A stretch of 64,000 nucleotides of DNA from Gammaproteobacteria bacterium (GTDB lineage Bacteria > Pseudomonadota > Gammaproteobacteria > UBA4575): NCBI GenBank assembly GCA_965243395.1, contig CBDEUS010000001.1:640001-704000 (forward strand), given 5' to 3'. Under the pieces are notes generated by a model. That model searched no databases, was not told the origin of the DNA, and saw only the letters and a list, made by a program, of their open reading frames with translations. The position numbers and the translations under genes were made by a program. The first letter of the stretch is position 1; each line of letters opens with the position of its first letter. Of this stretch, positions 40,062-50,661 are shown piece by piece.

Positions 40062-40379
40062 ATGCAAACTGATAGCATTAAACATATCTGTTCTGGTTTA
40101 ATGTATAAGGCTAAGACAGAACATTTTCTAGATAACCCCATTCACGAAATTGAAAAAGAGGCAAATAATTTTGTCGAAAAATTTGCGGAAGAGCATGGGC
40201 TTACTGCACATACCCTTTCCGCTTATCGATGGTATTTTCAAAGTGATGATCGGTTGCTTGAGGATGGATTTGTAGAATTACGTTGCAATCTTAATTTTTT
40301 AAGAAATCATGGAACATGTACGTTTGCTGTTGTGGATGTTGAAGAAATTGATAACGCGAAACATTTGCAAGAGGTATAA
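40062..40379 (+). CDS. Hypothetical protein
   Basis: Strong AGGAGG RBS, 105-aa ORF. Confidence 0.7.
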   Translation: MQTDSIKHICSGLMYKAKTEHFLDNPIHEIEKEANNFVEKFAEEHGLTAHTLSAYRWYFQSDDRLLEDGFVELRCNLNFLRNHGTCTFAVVDVEEIDNAKHLQEV

Positions 40380-40401
40380 AATTGACATACTTATATAGCG
40401 A

Positions 40402-40881
40402 ATGGAGGTTATGATGGCAGTAACTAGGCTCACTAATTTACTATCTGATCAACACATTTCTTATGTAATTATTCCGCATGCTCCTACCTATACAGCTCAA
40501 GAAACCGCAGCATCGGCACATATCCCTGGTCTTGAGTTTGCTAAAACAGTAATTGTCAAAATTGATGGCAAGCTAGCTATGGCTGTTTTACCGGCTCAAT
40601 ACAAAATTCATTTAAGTCTCTTAAAACAGGAAGTAGGTGCAAGTCGAGTTGAGCTTGCCGATGAAGACGATTTCAGAGGCATGTTCCCAGGATGTGATAC
40701 TGGTGCGATGCCACCATTTGGCAATTTGTATGGGATGGACGTTTATGTTGAGGATAGTTTATTAGAAGATGAAGAAATTGTATTTAATGCAGGTTCACAT
40801 ACGGAACTGATTAAAATTTCATATAAGGATTTTATGGATCTGGTACACCCTAAAGTAGCTAGATTTTCTACTCTGCATTAA
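40402..40881 (+). CDS. YbaK/EbsC family aminoacyl-tRNA deacylase-like protein
   Basis: AKTVIV, FPGC..GAMPPFG, FNAGSH. Confidence 0.88.
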   Translation: MEVMMAVTRLTNLLSDQHISYVIIPHAPTYTAQETAASAHIPGLEFAKTVIVKIDGKLAMAVLPAQYKIHLSLLKQEVGASRVELADEDDFRGMFPGCDTGAMPPFGNLYGMDVYVEDSLLEDEEIVFNAGSHTELIKISYKDFMDLVHPKVARFSTLH

Positions 40882-40905
40882 TTTATAGATCAATAGCAAC
40901 AAAAT

Positions 40906-41433
40906 TTACTTTCTTACAAAAGTAAATTTTGCAGCATTTTGCATTTCTCCATTTTCATAGTACGCCCATTTTTGTTCAAATGTATTTTCATCTAGAATGG
41001 TCATTTCCATTGCACCCATATGTCCTGTAGTTTCTCTATCAATGCCCACTCCATCTAAATATATAAATTTAAATATATTTTCATGAGTGTTTTCGAGTTG
41101 TAACCGGGGTTGATTTCCGAGCATACAGTAATGTGTCATGAATAGATTGTCTTGATCACCATGATACATAGTTACCATTTCTTTAGGTGAATTAGCGAAT
41201 ATTCTCTCTTCTACCGCGGTACCACCTGAGATTGTTCGATATATCAGTGCGACTTTTTCTTCTTTTCCTTCATGATTAATATGTGTACCTATCCATTCAC
41301 CTTCTAAAGCAATGAAGTGTTTAAGAGCCATAGGCGCTGGTTGTGGCTGATGCTTGGGCTCTTCTGAAACAGCTACATTCGCACTCAGAGTTAATAAGAG
41401 AATACAGAAGAAGATAAAGAGTAGTTTATGCAC
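40906..41433 (-). CDS. Exported hypothetical beta-barrel-like protein
   Basis: Signal peptide, L.GEW.G, EMVTMYH, THYC.LGNQPRL. Confidence 0.75.
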   Translation of the reverse strand: MHKLLFIFFCILLLTLSANVAVSEEPKHQPQPAPMALKHFIALEGEWIGTHINHEGKEEKVALIYRTISGGTAVEERIFANSPKEMVTMYHGDQDNLFMTHYCMLGNQPRLQLENTHENIFKFIYLDGVGIDRETTGHMGAMEMTILDENTFEQKWAYYENGEMQNAAKFTFVRK

Positions 41434-41733
41434 TGTTAACTCCTTGGTGTTGTGTGATGTTTCAAAACGCTAAGATAATGAGTTAAAAAAATAACTATAA
41501 GAGCATATACTTATTTCAATTACGCATGCGAGTAAATTCATAAAATTTAATGTTTCGCATAAGCCAATTATTGTGAATGGGCTATTTACCCTTTATTGGT
41601 TCTTGTAGCTATTAATTTGTTAGGCTGGTGTAGTCTGATTGAAATGATGAGATAGCAAACTTAAGGTATTTGCTGAAAAGCCATAAATAAGGGTACAATT
41701 AGTAAGGTATTTATTATCTCTGTAGGTGGTCAA

Positions 41734-42516
41734 ATGAACAAGCTATACGTCTTTCTTGGATTTTGCTTATTTGTGGTTTCTTCATGGACAGTAGCTGAGG
41801 AAGCAGAGCTGCTAGATTCTTATCTTGAAAGTTTGCCTAGCACAACCTCATCTCAAAACTTGCGTGCTGAAACTCTCGTTGTAGATGAGTCAGCAGAAGT
41901 AATTATAGAAGAGAGTAACCAAACGCAAGGTTCTGTTCAGCCTCAGACAATCGAATATCGCAGAATTAGTACAGCTGATGGAAGTGAGGTATATAAAGAA
42001 GTACCGGATAAGGTCGCAACACCTGCTACTGAAATTGTTAATGAGACCGATGCCGAAGTGAGCTTGGATAGTTCAAATAAAGCGGTGAGTCCGATAGGTG
42101 TAGCTAATAATCAGGCACCTGCACAGGATACTGATAATTTTGAACTCATTGAGCTTGAACCTGATGATGGTGATTACAAAGCTATTGAAGCGCACGAGAA
42201 TCAGACAACACGTGTGGTCACAACAAGTAATGCTGTTTCATCTGGAGCCACTTTTTGCCAGCAAAACCCCTATGCACGTGAATGTTTGTTATCAAAATAC
42301 TTAAGTTTGTGTAAAAAAGACCCTCAGTCTGAAGCTTGCAAAAGTGAGCTACAAAAGTTCGATCGTTTTTGTGGAATTTTCCCTCGTGCATATAAGTGCA
42401 AAAAAGCTAAGATTGCAGCCAGCTGCAAGCAGGACCCAAGTGCTGATGAGTGCAAGACCTTCACACAAAAGTACTGTCAATCATTCCCTAAAGCGATTTT
42501 TTGTAAATATAATTAG
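41734..42516 (+). CDS. Secreted protein with acidic linker and five C-x3-P-x4-C repeats
   Basis: Signal peptide, acidic low-complexity middle, 10 regularly spaced Cys at the C-terminus. Confidence 0.75.
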   Translation: MNKLYVFLGFCLFVVSSWTVAEEAELLDSYLESLPSTTSSQNLRAETLVVDESAEVIIEESNQTQGSVQPQTIEYRRISTADGSEVYKEVPDKVATPATEIVNETDAEVSLDSSNKAVSPIGVANNQAPAQDTDNFELIELEPDDGDYKAIEAHENQTTRVVTTSNAVSSGATFCQQNPYARECLLSKYLSLCKKDPQSEACKSELQKFDRFCGIFPRAYKCKKAKIAASCKQDPSADECKTFTQKYCQSFPKAIFCKYN

Positions 42517-42679
42517 GCGCCTGTAAAGCTTATATAAGCCCAGATATATATTCGGGGCTAGTATGTTTTAGCCGCTTTTTTGTCGGCAAATAGTGTCATT
42601 TAGCCCTGAGAGGGGCTTCAGTCTTGGTCTAACTATAGGTAATTTATAGGCTTCAATACACTCAAATGGAGTTTGAGTA

Positions 42680-42844
42680 ATGCCTAGCGCCATACCTCTA
42701 CAAGCAGAAGATCGATCAGTATTAATGAGAAATTTTCTAAAAAGAATTGTTAATAATGATCTACGTTCTAAGCAAATCTTCAGAATGTATTTCGACCGTA
42801 AAGAAATTTCTGAAGAGCAATTTTACCAAGCGATATCAAACTGA
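42680..42844 (+). CDS. Unannotated 54-aa protein (MPSAIPLQAEDRSVLMRNFLKRIVNNDLRSKQIFRMYFDRKEISEEQFYQAISN)
   Basis: GGAG RBS at 42668-42671, ATG 42680, TGA 42842-42844. Confidence 0.5.
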   Translation: MPSAIPLQAEDRSVLMRNFLKRIVNNDLRSKQIFRMYFDRKEISEEQFYQAISN

Positions 42845-43026
42845 TTGTTACGAGTAAATCTAACCTCCTAGTTGTTTATTAAAAATTATTTTCTTATAGC
42901 TATTACTCGATAGTAATACATTCTTCTCTTTTCAAACCTGTTTAAATTATATTAGATTACTGGTTGAGATATGCTCTCGACCTGGCTGGCAACTTTTATC
43001 TTTTAGCTAATACTATTTATATATAA

Positions 43027-45915
43027 ATGGACATTCAGTTCGTACCTGGACAGCGATGGGTGAGCAATACAGAACCTGAGCTAGGTTTAGGAATTGTAAT
43101 GGACATTGCAAATCGCCGTGTGACTGTCAGTTTTCCAGCCGTAGGGGAAAGAAGAACATATGCCGTTGGTAACGCGCCTTTGAGTCGTGTTCATTACGAA
43201 GTGGGTGAGAATGTCAGTAACGCGGATGGCGTTAGTTTCACGGTATCTGCAATTGATGAGCAAGGTGGTTACTTGACTTATCAAGGTATAGATGAGGAGG
43301 GTAATCAATATAGCCTGGAAGAAATTGACTTGGAAAGTTTCGTGCAGTTTAGTCGACCTCAAGACCGACTATTTGCGGGTCAGATAGATAAGAACAAAAG
43401 CTTTTCGTTACGTGTAGAAACACTGTTACATCTACATCGTTTGCAAATATCTCCCAGTTACGGATTTTTAGGTCCACGTGTGCAGTTATTACCACATCAA
43501 CTTTATATTGCTTCACAAGTTGCTAAGCGCTATGCCCCTAGAGTGTTATTAGCAGATGAAGTCGGTTTGGGTAAAACCATTGAAGCGGGTTTGATTTTAC
43601 ATCAACAAATCATTACAGGTGCCGCAACCAGAGTATTAATAGTGGTACCGGATAGCCTAGTACATCAATGGTTAGTCGAAATGTCACGCCGCTTTAATTT
43701 ACAGTTCACAATTTTGGATGAAGAGCGTTGTCTGGCGCTTGAAGAAGCAGAGCATGGAAATCCTTTTGAGACTGCTCAGTGTGTGTTATGTGCACTATCA
43801 TTATTAACAAATAACACGCAACGTTTTGAGCAATCGCTCGCGGTAGACTGGGATTTGTTAATTGTTGACGAGGCTCATCATCTAACCTGGTCAAAAGAAA
43901 ATGTTAGCAAGGCTTATCAGTGTGTTGAAACATTGGCTAACAACGTATCTGGTTTATTGTTACTCACTGCAACACCAGAACAATTAGGTGTTGATGGACA
44001 TTTTGCGCGTTTACGATTATTAGATCCAGATCGATATTACGATTTAGAAAAATACCGATTGGAAGAAAAGAGCTACAAACCTATAAACGAGTTAGTGCAA
44101 AAACTACTGACAGAAAATATACATGATTTGATCAAGCAAGATACAGATTTATTTAAGGAAATTACTTCTTATTTAGGCGAGGATGTTGCAAACAAATTTC
44201 AAGTTTCATTAGAAGAAAATAATTCTAAACAAGTATCGAATGATTTGATACAAGCTATTTTAGATCGTCATGGAACGGGTCGAGTGCTCTTTCGAAATAC
44301 ACGTGATGTTGTAGAAGGGTTTCCACAACGTGAGTTACACAAATATGAATTAGATCCACCTCAGGAAATGATAGAGATCATCACAAATGAGAACACTCAA
44401 GAGACAAACAATGAGTTAGTGGTTTCATGTTTACAGACAGAAACTCAGTTTGGGGCAGAGTGGTTAAAACTAGATTCACGTGTGAAATGGCTTGCTGACT
44501 GGTTACTTGAAAATAGAAATGAAAAAGTATTAATTATTTGCGCACATGCAAAAACTGCTAGTGAGCTCGAAAGTCACCTACAGCAGCAATTTGCCATACG
44601 TTCAGCAGTATTTCATGAAAACTTGGATTTAATTGCAAGAGATCGTGCTGCCGCTTATTTTGCAGATGAAGAAGAGGGCGCACAAGTGCTCATTTGTTCA
44701 GAAATTGGTAGTGAAGGGCGAAATTTTCAGTTTGCACATCATTTAATATTATTTGACTTGCCAATGAATGCAGACTTGCTTGAGCAAAGAATTGGACGAT
44801 TAGACCGTATTGGGCAACTGCAAACTGTGCAAATTCACGTACCTTATTTCAAAAATAGTGCGCAGGAAAAATTATTACGCTGGTACGATGAGGGTTTGAA
44901 TGCATTTAGACAGGTGTGCTCAATTGGTAATGCAATCTATCAAATATTTTCAGAGCGACTAGAAGAATGCTTGCTTAACCAAACCGATAGCCCAACATTT
45001 GAAAATCTTATTGAAGAAACTAAGAATAAAGCTGATGAAATGCAACTAGTGCTACAACAAGGGCGTGATCGCTTGCTAGAACTTAATTCTTGTAATCCGG
45101 AACAAGCTGCACAGATAGTTGAGGAAATTTTAAATTCGACAAATCAGTTAGAGTTGGCAGACTATATGGAGCGCGTATGTGATCAATTCGGTGTTGAGCA
45201 GCAGTATCATAGTTTACATAGTGTCGTGTTGCAGCCGGGTGACCATATGCATGGACATACTTTCCCTGGACTTCCAGAAGATGGATTAACTGCAACATAT
45301 GATCGTGCCAAAGCGCTAGTGCGTGAGGATATGCAATTCCATACATGGGAACATCCTATGGTAACAGGCAGTATGGATATGATTCTATCAGGGGAGTTTG
45401 GTAATGCCACATTATGTACACTTAAACTGCAAGCCTTCAAGCCAAGTACAGTTTTGCTTGAATGCATATTCACAATACAATGTGCGGCGCCTAAAGTATT
45501 TCGATTAGATCATTATTTTTCACAAGCAATTATTCGTGTATTGATAGATCAAAAACATAACGATTTAGGTAAGGTATTAACTTCAGAACATATGGATCGA
45601 ATGGCTGAGCGTGTTAAGAAAAATGTAGCGCAAAATATAATTCGTCATGCTAGAAAACAAATAAATCAGTTAATTGATCATGCGAGTAGCATAGCTGAAG
45701 TGGAAATGCAGAACATTGTTAGACATGCTTCCGAGGCGATGGAAAAAGAGCAGGAAGCAGAATTGCAACGTTTGGTTTCATTGTCTAAAGTGAACCCGAA
45801 TATACGACAAGAAGAAATTGATTACTTAAGAAATACTACAGTGCACATGCATGAATTGATGCAACATGCCAGCTTAAAACTAGATGCCATTCGGGTGGCT
45901 ATTACTCGTCACTGA
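43027..45915 (+). CDS. rapA: RNA polymerase-associated protein RapA (HepA)
   Basis: GQRWVS.TE.ELGLG, LADEVGLGKT, DEAHH, CSEIGSEGRNFQ, NPNIR.EEI. Confidence 0.96.
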   Translation: MDIQFVPGQRWVSNTEPELGLGIVMDIANRRVTVSFPAVGERRTYAVGNAPLSRVHYEVGENVSNADGVSFTVSAIDEQGGYLTYQGIDEEGNQYSLEEIDLESFVQFSRPQDRLFAGQIDKNKSFSLRVETLLHLHRLQISPSYGFLGPRVQLLPHQLYIASQVAKRYAPRVLLADEVGLGKTIEAGLILHQQIITGAATRVLIVVPDSLVHQWLVEMSRRFNLQFTILDEERCLALEEAEHGNPFETAQCVLCALSLLTNNTQRFEQSLAVDWDLLIVDEAHHLTWSKENVSKAYQCVETLANNVSGLLLLTATPEQLGVDGHFARLRLLDPDRYYDLEKYRLEEKSYKPINELVQKLLTENIHDLIKQDTDLFKEITSYLGEDVANKFQVSLEENNSKQVSNDLIQAILDRHGTGRVLFRNTRDVVEGFPQRELHKYELDPPQEMIEIITNENTQETNNELVVSCLQTETQFGAEWLKLDSRVKWLADWLLENRNEKVLIICAHAKTASELESHLQQQFAIRSAVFHENLDLIARDRAAAYFADEEEGAQVLICSEIGSEGRNFQFAHHLILFDLPMNADLLEQRIGRLDRIGQLQTVQIHVPYFKNSAQEKLLRWYDEGLNAFRQVCSIGNAIYQIFSERLEECLLNQTDSPTFENLIEETKNKADEMQLVLQQGRDRLLELNSCNPEQAAQIVEEILNSTNQLELADYMERVCDQFGVEQQYHSLHSVVLQPGDHMHGHTFPGLPEDGLTATYDRAKALVREDMQFHTWEHPMVTGSMDMILSGEFGNATLCTLKLQAFKPSTVLLECIFTIQCAAPKVFRLDHYFSQAIIRVLIDQKHNDLGKVLTSEHMDRMAERVKKNVAQNIIRHARKQINQLIDHASSIAEVEMQNIVRHASEAMEKEQEAELQRLVSLSKVNPNIRQEEIDYLRNTTVHMHELMQHASLKLDAIRVAITRH

Positions 45916-45922
45916 TACCACT

Positions 45923-46297
45923 ATGGCAGAAATTCATGAATTAGAACAATTTTGCAGCCAAACACATGAAATTTTATTGGCCGCAACAAAAGACTTGCCT
46001 ATTCCAGATAAAGATAAAGTGCGAGATGTTCGAAAAATAATTTCGGTATTTACATATAGTGTAGTAAAGGAGCTATCTGCTGGCCATGATGTACACGCTG
46101 ACGATATCTATTTGCGTTATTTAATGGGCGGTGGTCTTAATGCTGAACAAGCGCGTGTTATCGTAGATCGTACTCGTGATGAATTTACACAAAGAGAATT
46201 TGGTCAGGACTGTATGTTGCTTGCTAAAGATGTAATCCATAAATGGCAAAGTGGGGATAAAGATATAAAAGATGGTCTACATAAACTACTAATGTAA
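45923..46297 (+). CDS. Hypothetical protein
   Basis: ORF between rapA and srkA; ATG 45923 avoids overlap with rapA. Confidence 0.65.
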   Translation: MAEIHELEQFCSQTHEILLAATKDLPIPDKDKVRDVRKIISVFTYSVVKELSAGHDVHADDIYLRYLMGGGLNAEQARVIVDRTRDEFTQREFGQDCMLLAKDVIHKWQSGDKDIKDGLHKLLM

Positions 46298-46301
46298 TAC
46301 C

Positions 46302-47315
46302 ATGGACAATACTCAAGAGACAGAAACTAGTCTTAATGCCCATCCATTCGATCGTTTAACACCTGATTTTATTTTAAATGCTGTTGATCACTATGGTTAT
46401 GTTAGTGATGGAAGAATATTAGCGCTAAATAGTTATGAAAACCGTGTGTATCAAATCGGTATTGAAAACAATGAACCGATTATTGCTAAATTTTATCGTC
46501 CTGAACGTTGGAGCGATGAACAAATACTTGAAGAACATAAACTTTGCGCTGAGCTAATAGACCAAGAACTTCCGGTTGTTCCACCATTAGAAATAAATAA
46601 TGAGACTTTATTTCAATATGGCGATTTTCGTTTAGCAATGTATCCCAGAAAAGGCGGACATGCACCAGAATTAGATAACTTAGAAAATTTATATACTATG
46701 GGACGTTTTTTAGGGCGAATGCATACAGTTGGCGCAAGAACGGCGTTTCAATGTCGACCAACCATTACATGTAAACATTATGGTCATGAAAGTGCTGCTT
46801 TAATTGAAGAGAAATTTATCCCTGATCACATAAGATTGTCTTATCAAGCTGTAGTAGCAGAGATTTTAAAGTTAATAGATGAAATTTATTGTGATGAAAA
46901 TATTTCTGAACATATCAGAGTACATGGTGATTGCCATGTCGGAAATATACTATGGCGCGACGATGCCCCGCATTTTATAGATTTTGACGATTCCAGAATG
47001 GCGCCAGCGATACAAGATGTATGGATGCTGTTATCTGGTGACCGTGTTCGACAAACAGCACAATTAAATGAAATTGCAGATGGTTATAATGAATTTTCTG
47101 AATTTCCACTTCAGCAAATTAAATATATTGAATCACTTAGAACATTGCGAATCATGTATTTTAGCGCTTGGATTGCAAAACGCTGGGACGATCCCGCATT
47201 TCCACGCGCGTTTCCATGGTTCAATACTACTCAATATTGGGAGCAGCATATATTGGACTTGCGCGAACAATTAGGCGAATTAAATGAACCTGCATTGACT
47301 ATATTTGGACATTAA
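46302..47315 (+). CDS. srkA: Stress response kinase A (YihE/RdoA)
   Basis: LNSYENRVY, KFYRP.RWS, HGDCHVGN, DFDD, RWDDPAFP. Confidence 0.95.
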   Translation: MDNTQETETSLNAHPFDRLTPDFILNAVDHYGYVSDGRILALNSYENRVYQIGIENNEPIIAKFYRPERWSDEQILEEHKLCAELIDQELPVVPPLEINNETLFQYGDFRLAMYPRKGGHAPELDNLENLYTMGRFLGRMHTVGARTAFQCRPTITCKHYGHESAALIEEKFIPDHIRLSYQAVVAEILKLIDEIYCDENISEHIRVHGDCHVGNILWRDDAPHFIDFDDSRMAPAIQDVWMLLSGDRVRQTAQLNEIADGYNEFSEFPLQQIKYIESLRTLRIMYFSAWIAKRWDDPAFPRAFPWFNTTQYWEQHILDLREQLGELNEPALTIFGH

Positions 47316-47317
47316 AC

Positions 47318-47530
47318 ATGAGTGTTAATGAACAACAAATTATCGAATTAGAAACGAAAGTATCTTATCAAGAAGATTTAATTCAAGAGCTTAATAATCA
47401 CGTAATTGAGCAACAGCGACAGATTGATACATTAACAAGCTTATGTGAACGACTAAAAGAGCAACTAAAAGAAATAATGTTAAATATGCCCGATCTTGCA
47501 CCCGGTGATGAAAAGCCGCCTCATTACTAA
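47318..47530 (+). CDS. slyX: SlyX protein
   Basis: LE.K..YQE..I.ELN, C-terminal EKPPHY. Confidence 0.93.
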   Translation: MSVNEQQIIELETKVSYQEDLIQELNNHVIEQQRQIDTLTSLCERLKEQLKEIMLNMPDLAPGDEKPPHY

Positions 47531-47551
47531 ATAATTTTTACAAGTAAGAAA

Positions 47552-48292
47552 TTAATAATAACTTTCAGGCAGCCACCCGCCAGTGGTTTGTAATGGTTTT
47601 AAATTAGTACTATTACTTACCCATATGGCTAAGGCGTATTTCTCTGCAGCAGGCATAACTTCTTCAGGTAAAGTTAATTCCCAATTTTGATCTGTGCTGA
47701 CATATTTGGTATGTGAAAGGAGTACGAAATCTTCATGCAGCACACGATTAGAGTTTTCTCCTGCTTTTATGTGAGTTTGATAACCAAAACCTAAAATACC
47801 AACGTTAAGAGTAGCATCACTGATTGGTGTTGATGTTTGATAAGATACACTAAGAGTATTTTCTTTGAGTAATGCATTTAATGAGCCTGCTTCATTGCCA
47901 ACGGAAGGCACTTTGCGACCAAACCGACCTCTCCATTCTTTACCGTTAAGAAAAAATCCTGGAGTGTAAACAACTTTTACGTTGCCTTGCGCTCGATGTA
48001 ATCGCTGGCGATCAGAATATTCAGCTTTAGAAAAACTATCTTTCCAGCCAAGGTAATCCCAATAATCCACATGAAATGCAATAGGTACAAATTCACTCCA
48101 TAAACCAGGCTCGTTTTTAAGATTGTTCAAATATTTGTCTGCGGGTGGACAACTGCTACAACCCTGTGATGTGTAAAGTTCAATTAAGGCTACTTGCTTA
48201 TTTCCGCTTTTAAATTCGATTTCCTGACTATAGGAAATTTGCATGAGGCAAGAAATGATAAGGAAAAGTGTAATCAGAGCGTGTTTAAACAT
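47552..48292 (-). CDS. DUF1223 thioredoxin-fold secreted protein
   Basis: ELYTSQGCSSCPPAD, HVDYWDYLGW.D, YTP. Confidence 0.9.
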   Translation of the reverse strand: MFKHALITLFLIISCLMQISYSQEIEFKSGNKQVALIELYTSQGCSSCPPADKYLNNLKNEPGLWSEFVPIAFHVDYWDYLGWKDSFSKAEYSDRQRLHRAQGNVKVVYTPGFFLNGKEWRGRFGRKVPSVGNEAGSLNALLKENTLSVSYQTSTPISDATLNVGILGFGYQTHIKAGENSNRVLHEDFVLLSHTKYVSTDQNWELTLPEEVMPAAEKYALAIWVSNSTNLKPLQTTGGWLPESYY

Positions 48293-48520
48293 GAAGTGAT
48301 CCTTTAAGTAGGTTTGGATAAATGATGAATTAGTTGAGTTTTATTAAATGAATATTTAACACAAGGTTAGCAAAGAGGGTTCATTCGTACTGACGCGTCA
48401 GGAGCACTTTGATTGTTTGTGTTTTTACATTATTCTTAATATGGAAATTATTTATAAAATAGTAACTATTTCATAAATAGCAACTACTTATCACAATAAG
48501 ACCGACTAAGGGAGCCAAAT

Positions 48521-49309
48521 ATGACAGATCAAAATCCATATCAAGCGCCTGATGCAAATCTCACAGAGGGTACGAGGGGGCCTGATGTCGAGTTAGCCGT
48601 AACAGGGATCAAATCTTTACCAGTAGGGTCGGGGGTACAGTGGGTTAAAGATTCATTTGGATTATTTATGCAAAGTCCATTAATTTGGATAATACTCATC
48701 ATTTTATGGTTTGTATTAAATTTTGTTGGCCAAATAATTCCAATCATAGGGCCTCTTGCGATGTCACTATTATATGCCGTATTTGTGGCAGGATTTATGT
48801 TGGGTTGTGCTGCATTAGAGCGCGGAGATGAATTGGAAGTTGGCCATTTATTTGCGGGTTTTAAAAAAAATACAGGTTCACTAATTGGTTTAGGCGCAAT
48901 TTATCTAGGGGTTGTAATAGGTTTTGCAATTATTTTCGGTATCATCGTTTTAGGTGGCATAGGCGGAATAGGTGCTTTAACCAATCCTGATTCGACAGCA
49001 GCCGCGCAACTACTAAGTTCTGGTCTCTTGATGACAATACTCATTGCAAGTTTGTTTTTTATACCCATTATCATGATGTTTTGGTTCGCGCCTCCACTCA
49101 TTGCGCTTGGTGGTGTGCCATTAATAGAATCACTGAAAATGAGTTTTATGGGATGTTTGAAAAATATATTACCGATGTTCATTTTCGGTTTGATAATGGT
49201 GATTCTAACCATTATTGCGGTTATTCCGTTTGGTCTTGGGCTACTAGTGGTAGTCCCAATGTGGACGGCAGCTTTTTACATCGCATACCGAGCAATTTAT
49301 ACAGGCTAG
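48521..49309 (+). CDS. BPSS1780-like membrane protein
   Basis: NPYQAP N-terminus, multiple TM, IP.GLGL..V.P. Confidence 0.75.
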   Translation: MTDQNPYQAPDANLTEGTRGPDVELAVTGIKSLPVGSGVQWVKDSFGLFMQSPLIWIILIILWFVLNFVGQIIPIIGPLAMSLLYAVFVAGFMLGCAALERGDELEVGHLFAGFKKNTGSLIGLGAIYLGVVIGFAIIFGIIVLGGIGGIGALTNPDSTAAAQLLSSGLLMTILIASLFFIPIIMMFWFAPPLIALGGVPLIESLKMSFMGCLKNILPMFIFGLIMVILTIIAVIPFGLGLLVVVPMWTAAFYIAYRAIYTG

Positions 49310-49324
49310 CAAATGCTAGAAAGC

Positions 49325-50629
49325 TTAAAGTTTACTTGAGCGTTTTATATTTAAATACTCATTAACCAGATAAGTAGGTAATTGTTCAGCAGAGACATCT
49401 AGGCAAATTACGCCTAGGTGTCTTAGTTTACGGTGATTTTCTTCACGTTGATGTAGAAATTGTTCGGTTGCATGAAAATTTAGTGCACTATCCAAGTCAG
49501 TTACATTTTGTTTTTGCATATCATTTAAAGATTCTTCACGCAAATCTGCAAGTATTACTAAATGTCTAACGCTAAGTAGTTGAATTGCTGCTAAAAGATT
49601 TTCATAATCATCGTCGCGAGTATTGGTGATGAAAACGATCAATGAGCGTCTTCTTTGGTATCGCAACACGTCTTGTGCGACAGCTAAATAATCAGCAGAA
49701 TGCAAAGTTGAGGGTAAGTCGTAAGTTTTATGTAACAAATTGTTAACGACTTGAGGACCTTTTTTGGGAGGCACCCAGCGTTCTTCGCCAGCAAATGATT
49801 TAAATCCAACCGCATCACCTTGTTGCACTGCTACATAGGCTAATAAAAGCATAGAATTAATTGCTTGATCAAGATGAGTATAGTCTTCGTCTGCATGACG
49901 CATTCTTCGGCCACAATCCAATAAGAATACGATTTGTTGATCGCGTTCGTCCTGGTACTCTTTAGAAATTAGTTTGTTTAATCTTGAGCTTGCTTTCCAA
50001 TCAATTTGTTTAAGACTGTCGCCTACGTGATACTCACGTAGTTGATGAAAATCATTACCTTCGCCTCGGCGTTGTCTTTTTTTAATACCTAGTTGACTTA
50101 ATCGATTATCTGTTGCTAATAAAATATATTTACTAATAGAAGCAAAGTTTGGAAAAACTCTGACCGTTTTTTCATTTTGATAAAAAAATTTACGTAGCCA
50201 TAAACGTAAAGGTGAGTGCTGGAGTATATCTGTGCCTTTAAAGCTGTAATCACCGCGAGAAAGAGGTTTTACTCGGTATTGCAATTCAGCACGTTCATTT
50301 GGTTTTAGACTAAATTTTTCAGGCAAGCTTCCAATTTTAAATTCTGCAGGATAATGGTCATGTGCCAGTAAGTCCAAATGACTTGAAGATTGATTACGAA
50401 TAGTTTGTTTTACTTTACTCCATGTGTAAATTGGCAAATTGTGGTTAATTTCATGTTTGATTTTTATATTAGGTTTATTAAATACTGCAGCAGCATCGAT
50501 CAATAAAATGCATATAAACCCTATACCTATAATTTTCCAAAATATAACCAAGCCGGGGTAAAAAGCAGCAATTAAGCCTATGAGCAACCACAGCATTGCT
50601 ATCCACAAAGTTATTTTTGCCGGTCTCAC
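49325..50629 (-). CDS. DUF58 (VWA-like) protein
   Basis: F.QLREY..GD, IDWKA, LDCGRRM. Confidence 0.9.
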   Translation of the reverse strand: MRPAKITLWIAMLWLLIGLIAAFYPGLVIFWKIIGIGFICILLIDAAAVFNKPNIKIKHEINHNLPIYTWSKVKQTIRNQSSSHLDLLAHDHYPAEFKIGSLPEKFSLKPNERAELQYRVKPLSRGDYSFKGTDILQHSPLRLWLRKFFYQNEKTVRVFPNFASISKYILLATDNRLSQLGIKKRQRRGEGNDFHQLREYHVGDSLKQIDWKASSRLNKLISKEYQDERDQQIVFLLDCGRRMRHADEDYTHLDQAINSMLLLAYVAVQQGDAVGFKSFAGEERWVPPKKGPQVVNNLLHKTYDLPSTLHSADYLAVAQDVLRYQRRRSLIVFITNTRDDDYENLLAAIQLLSVRHLVILADLREESLNDMQKQNVTDLDSALNFHATEQFLHQREENHRKLRHLGVICLDVSAEQLPTYLVNEYLNIKRSSKL

Positions 50630-50661
50630 AATAATCTCGTGACTAGGTAAATTTATTGAGT

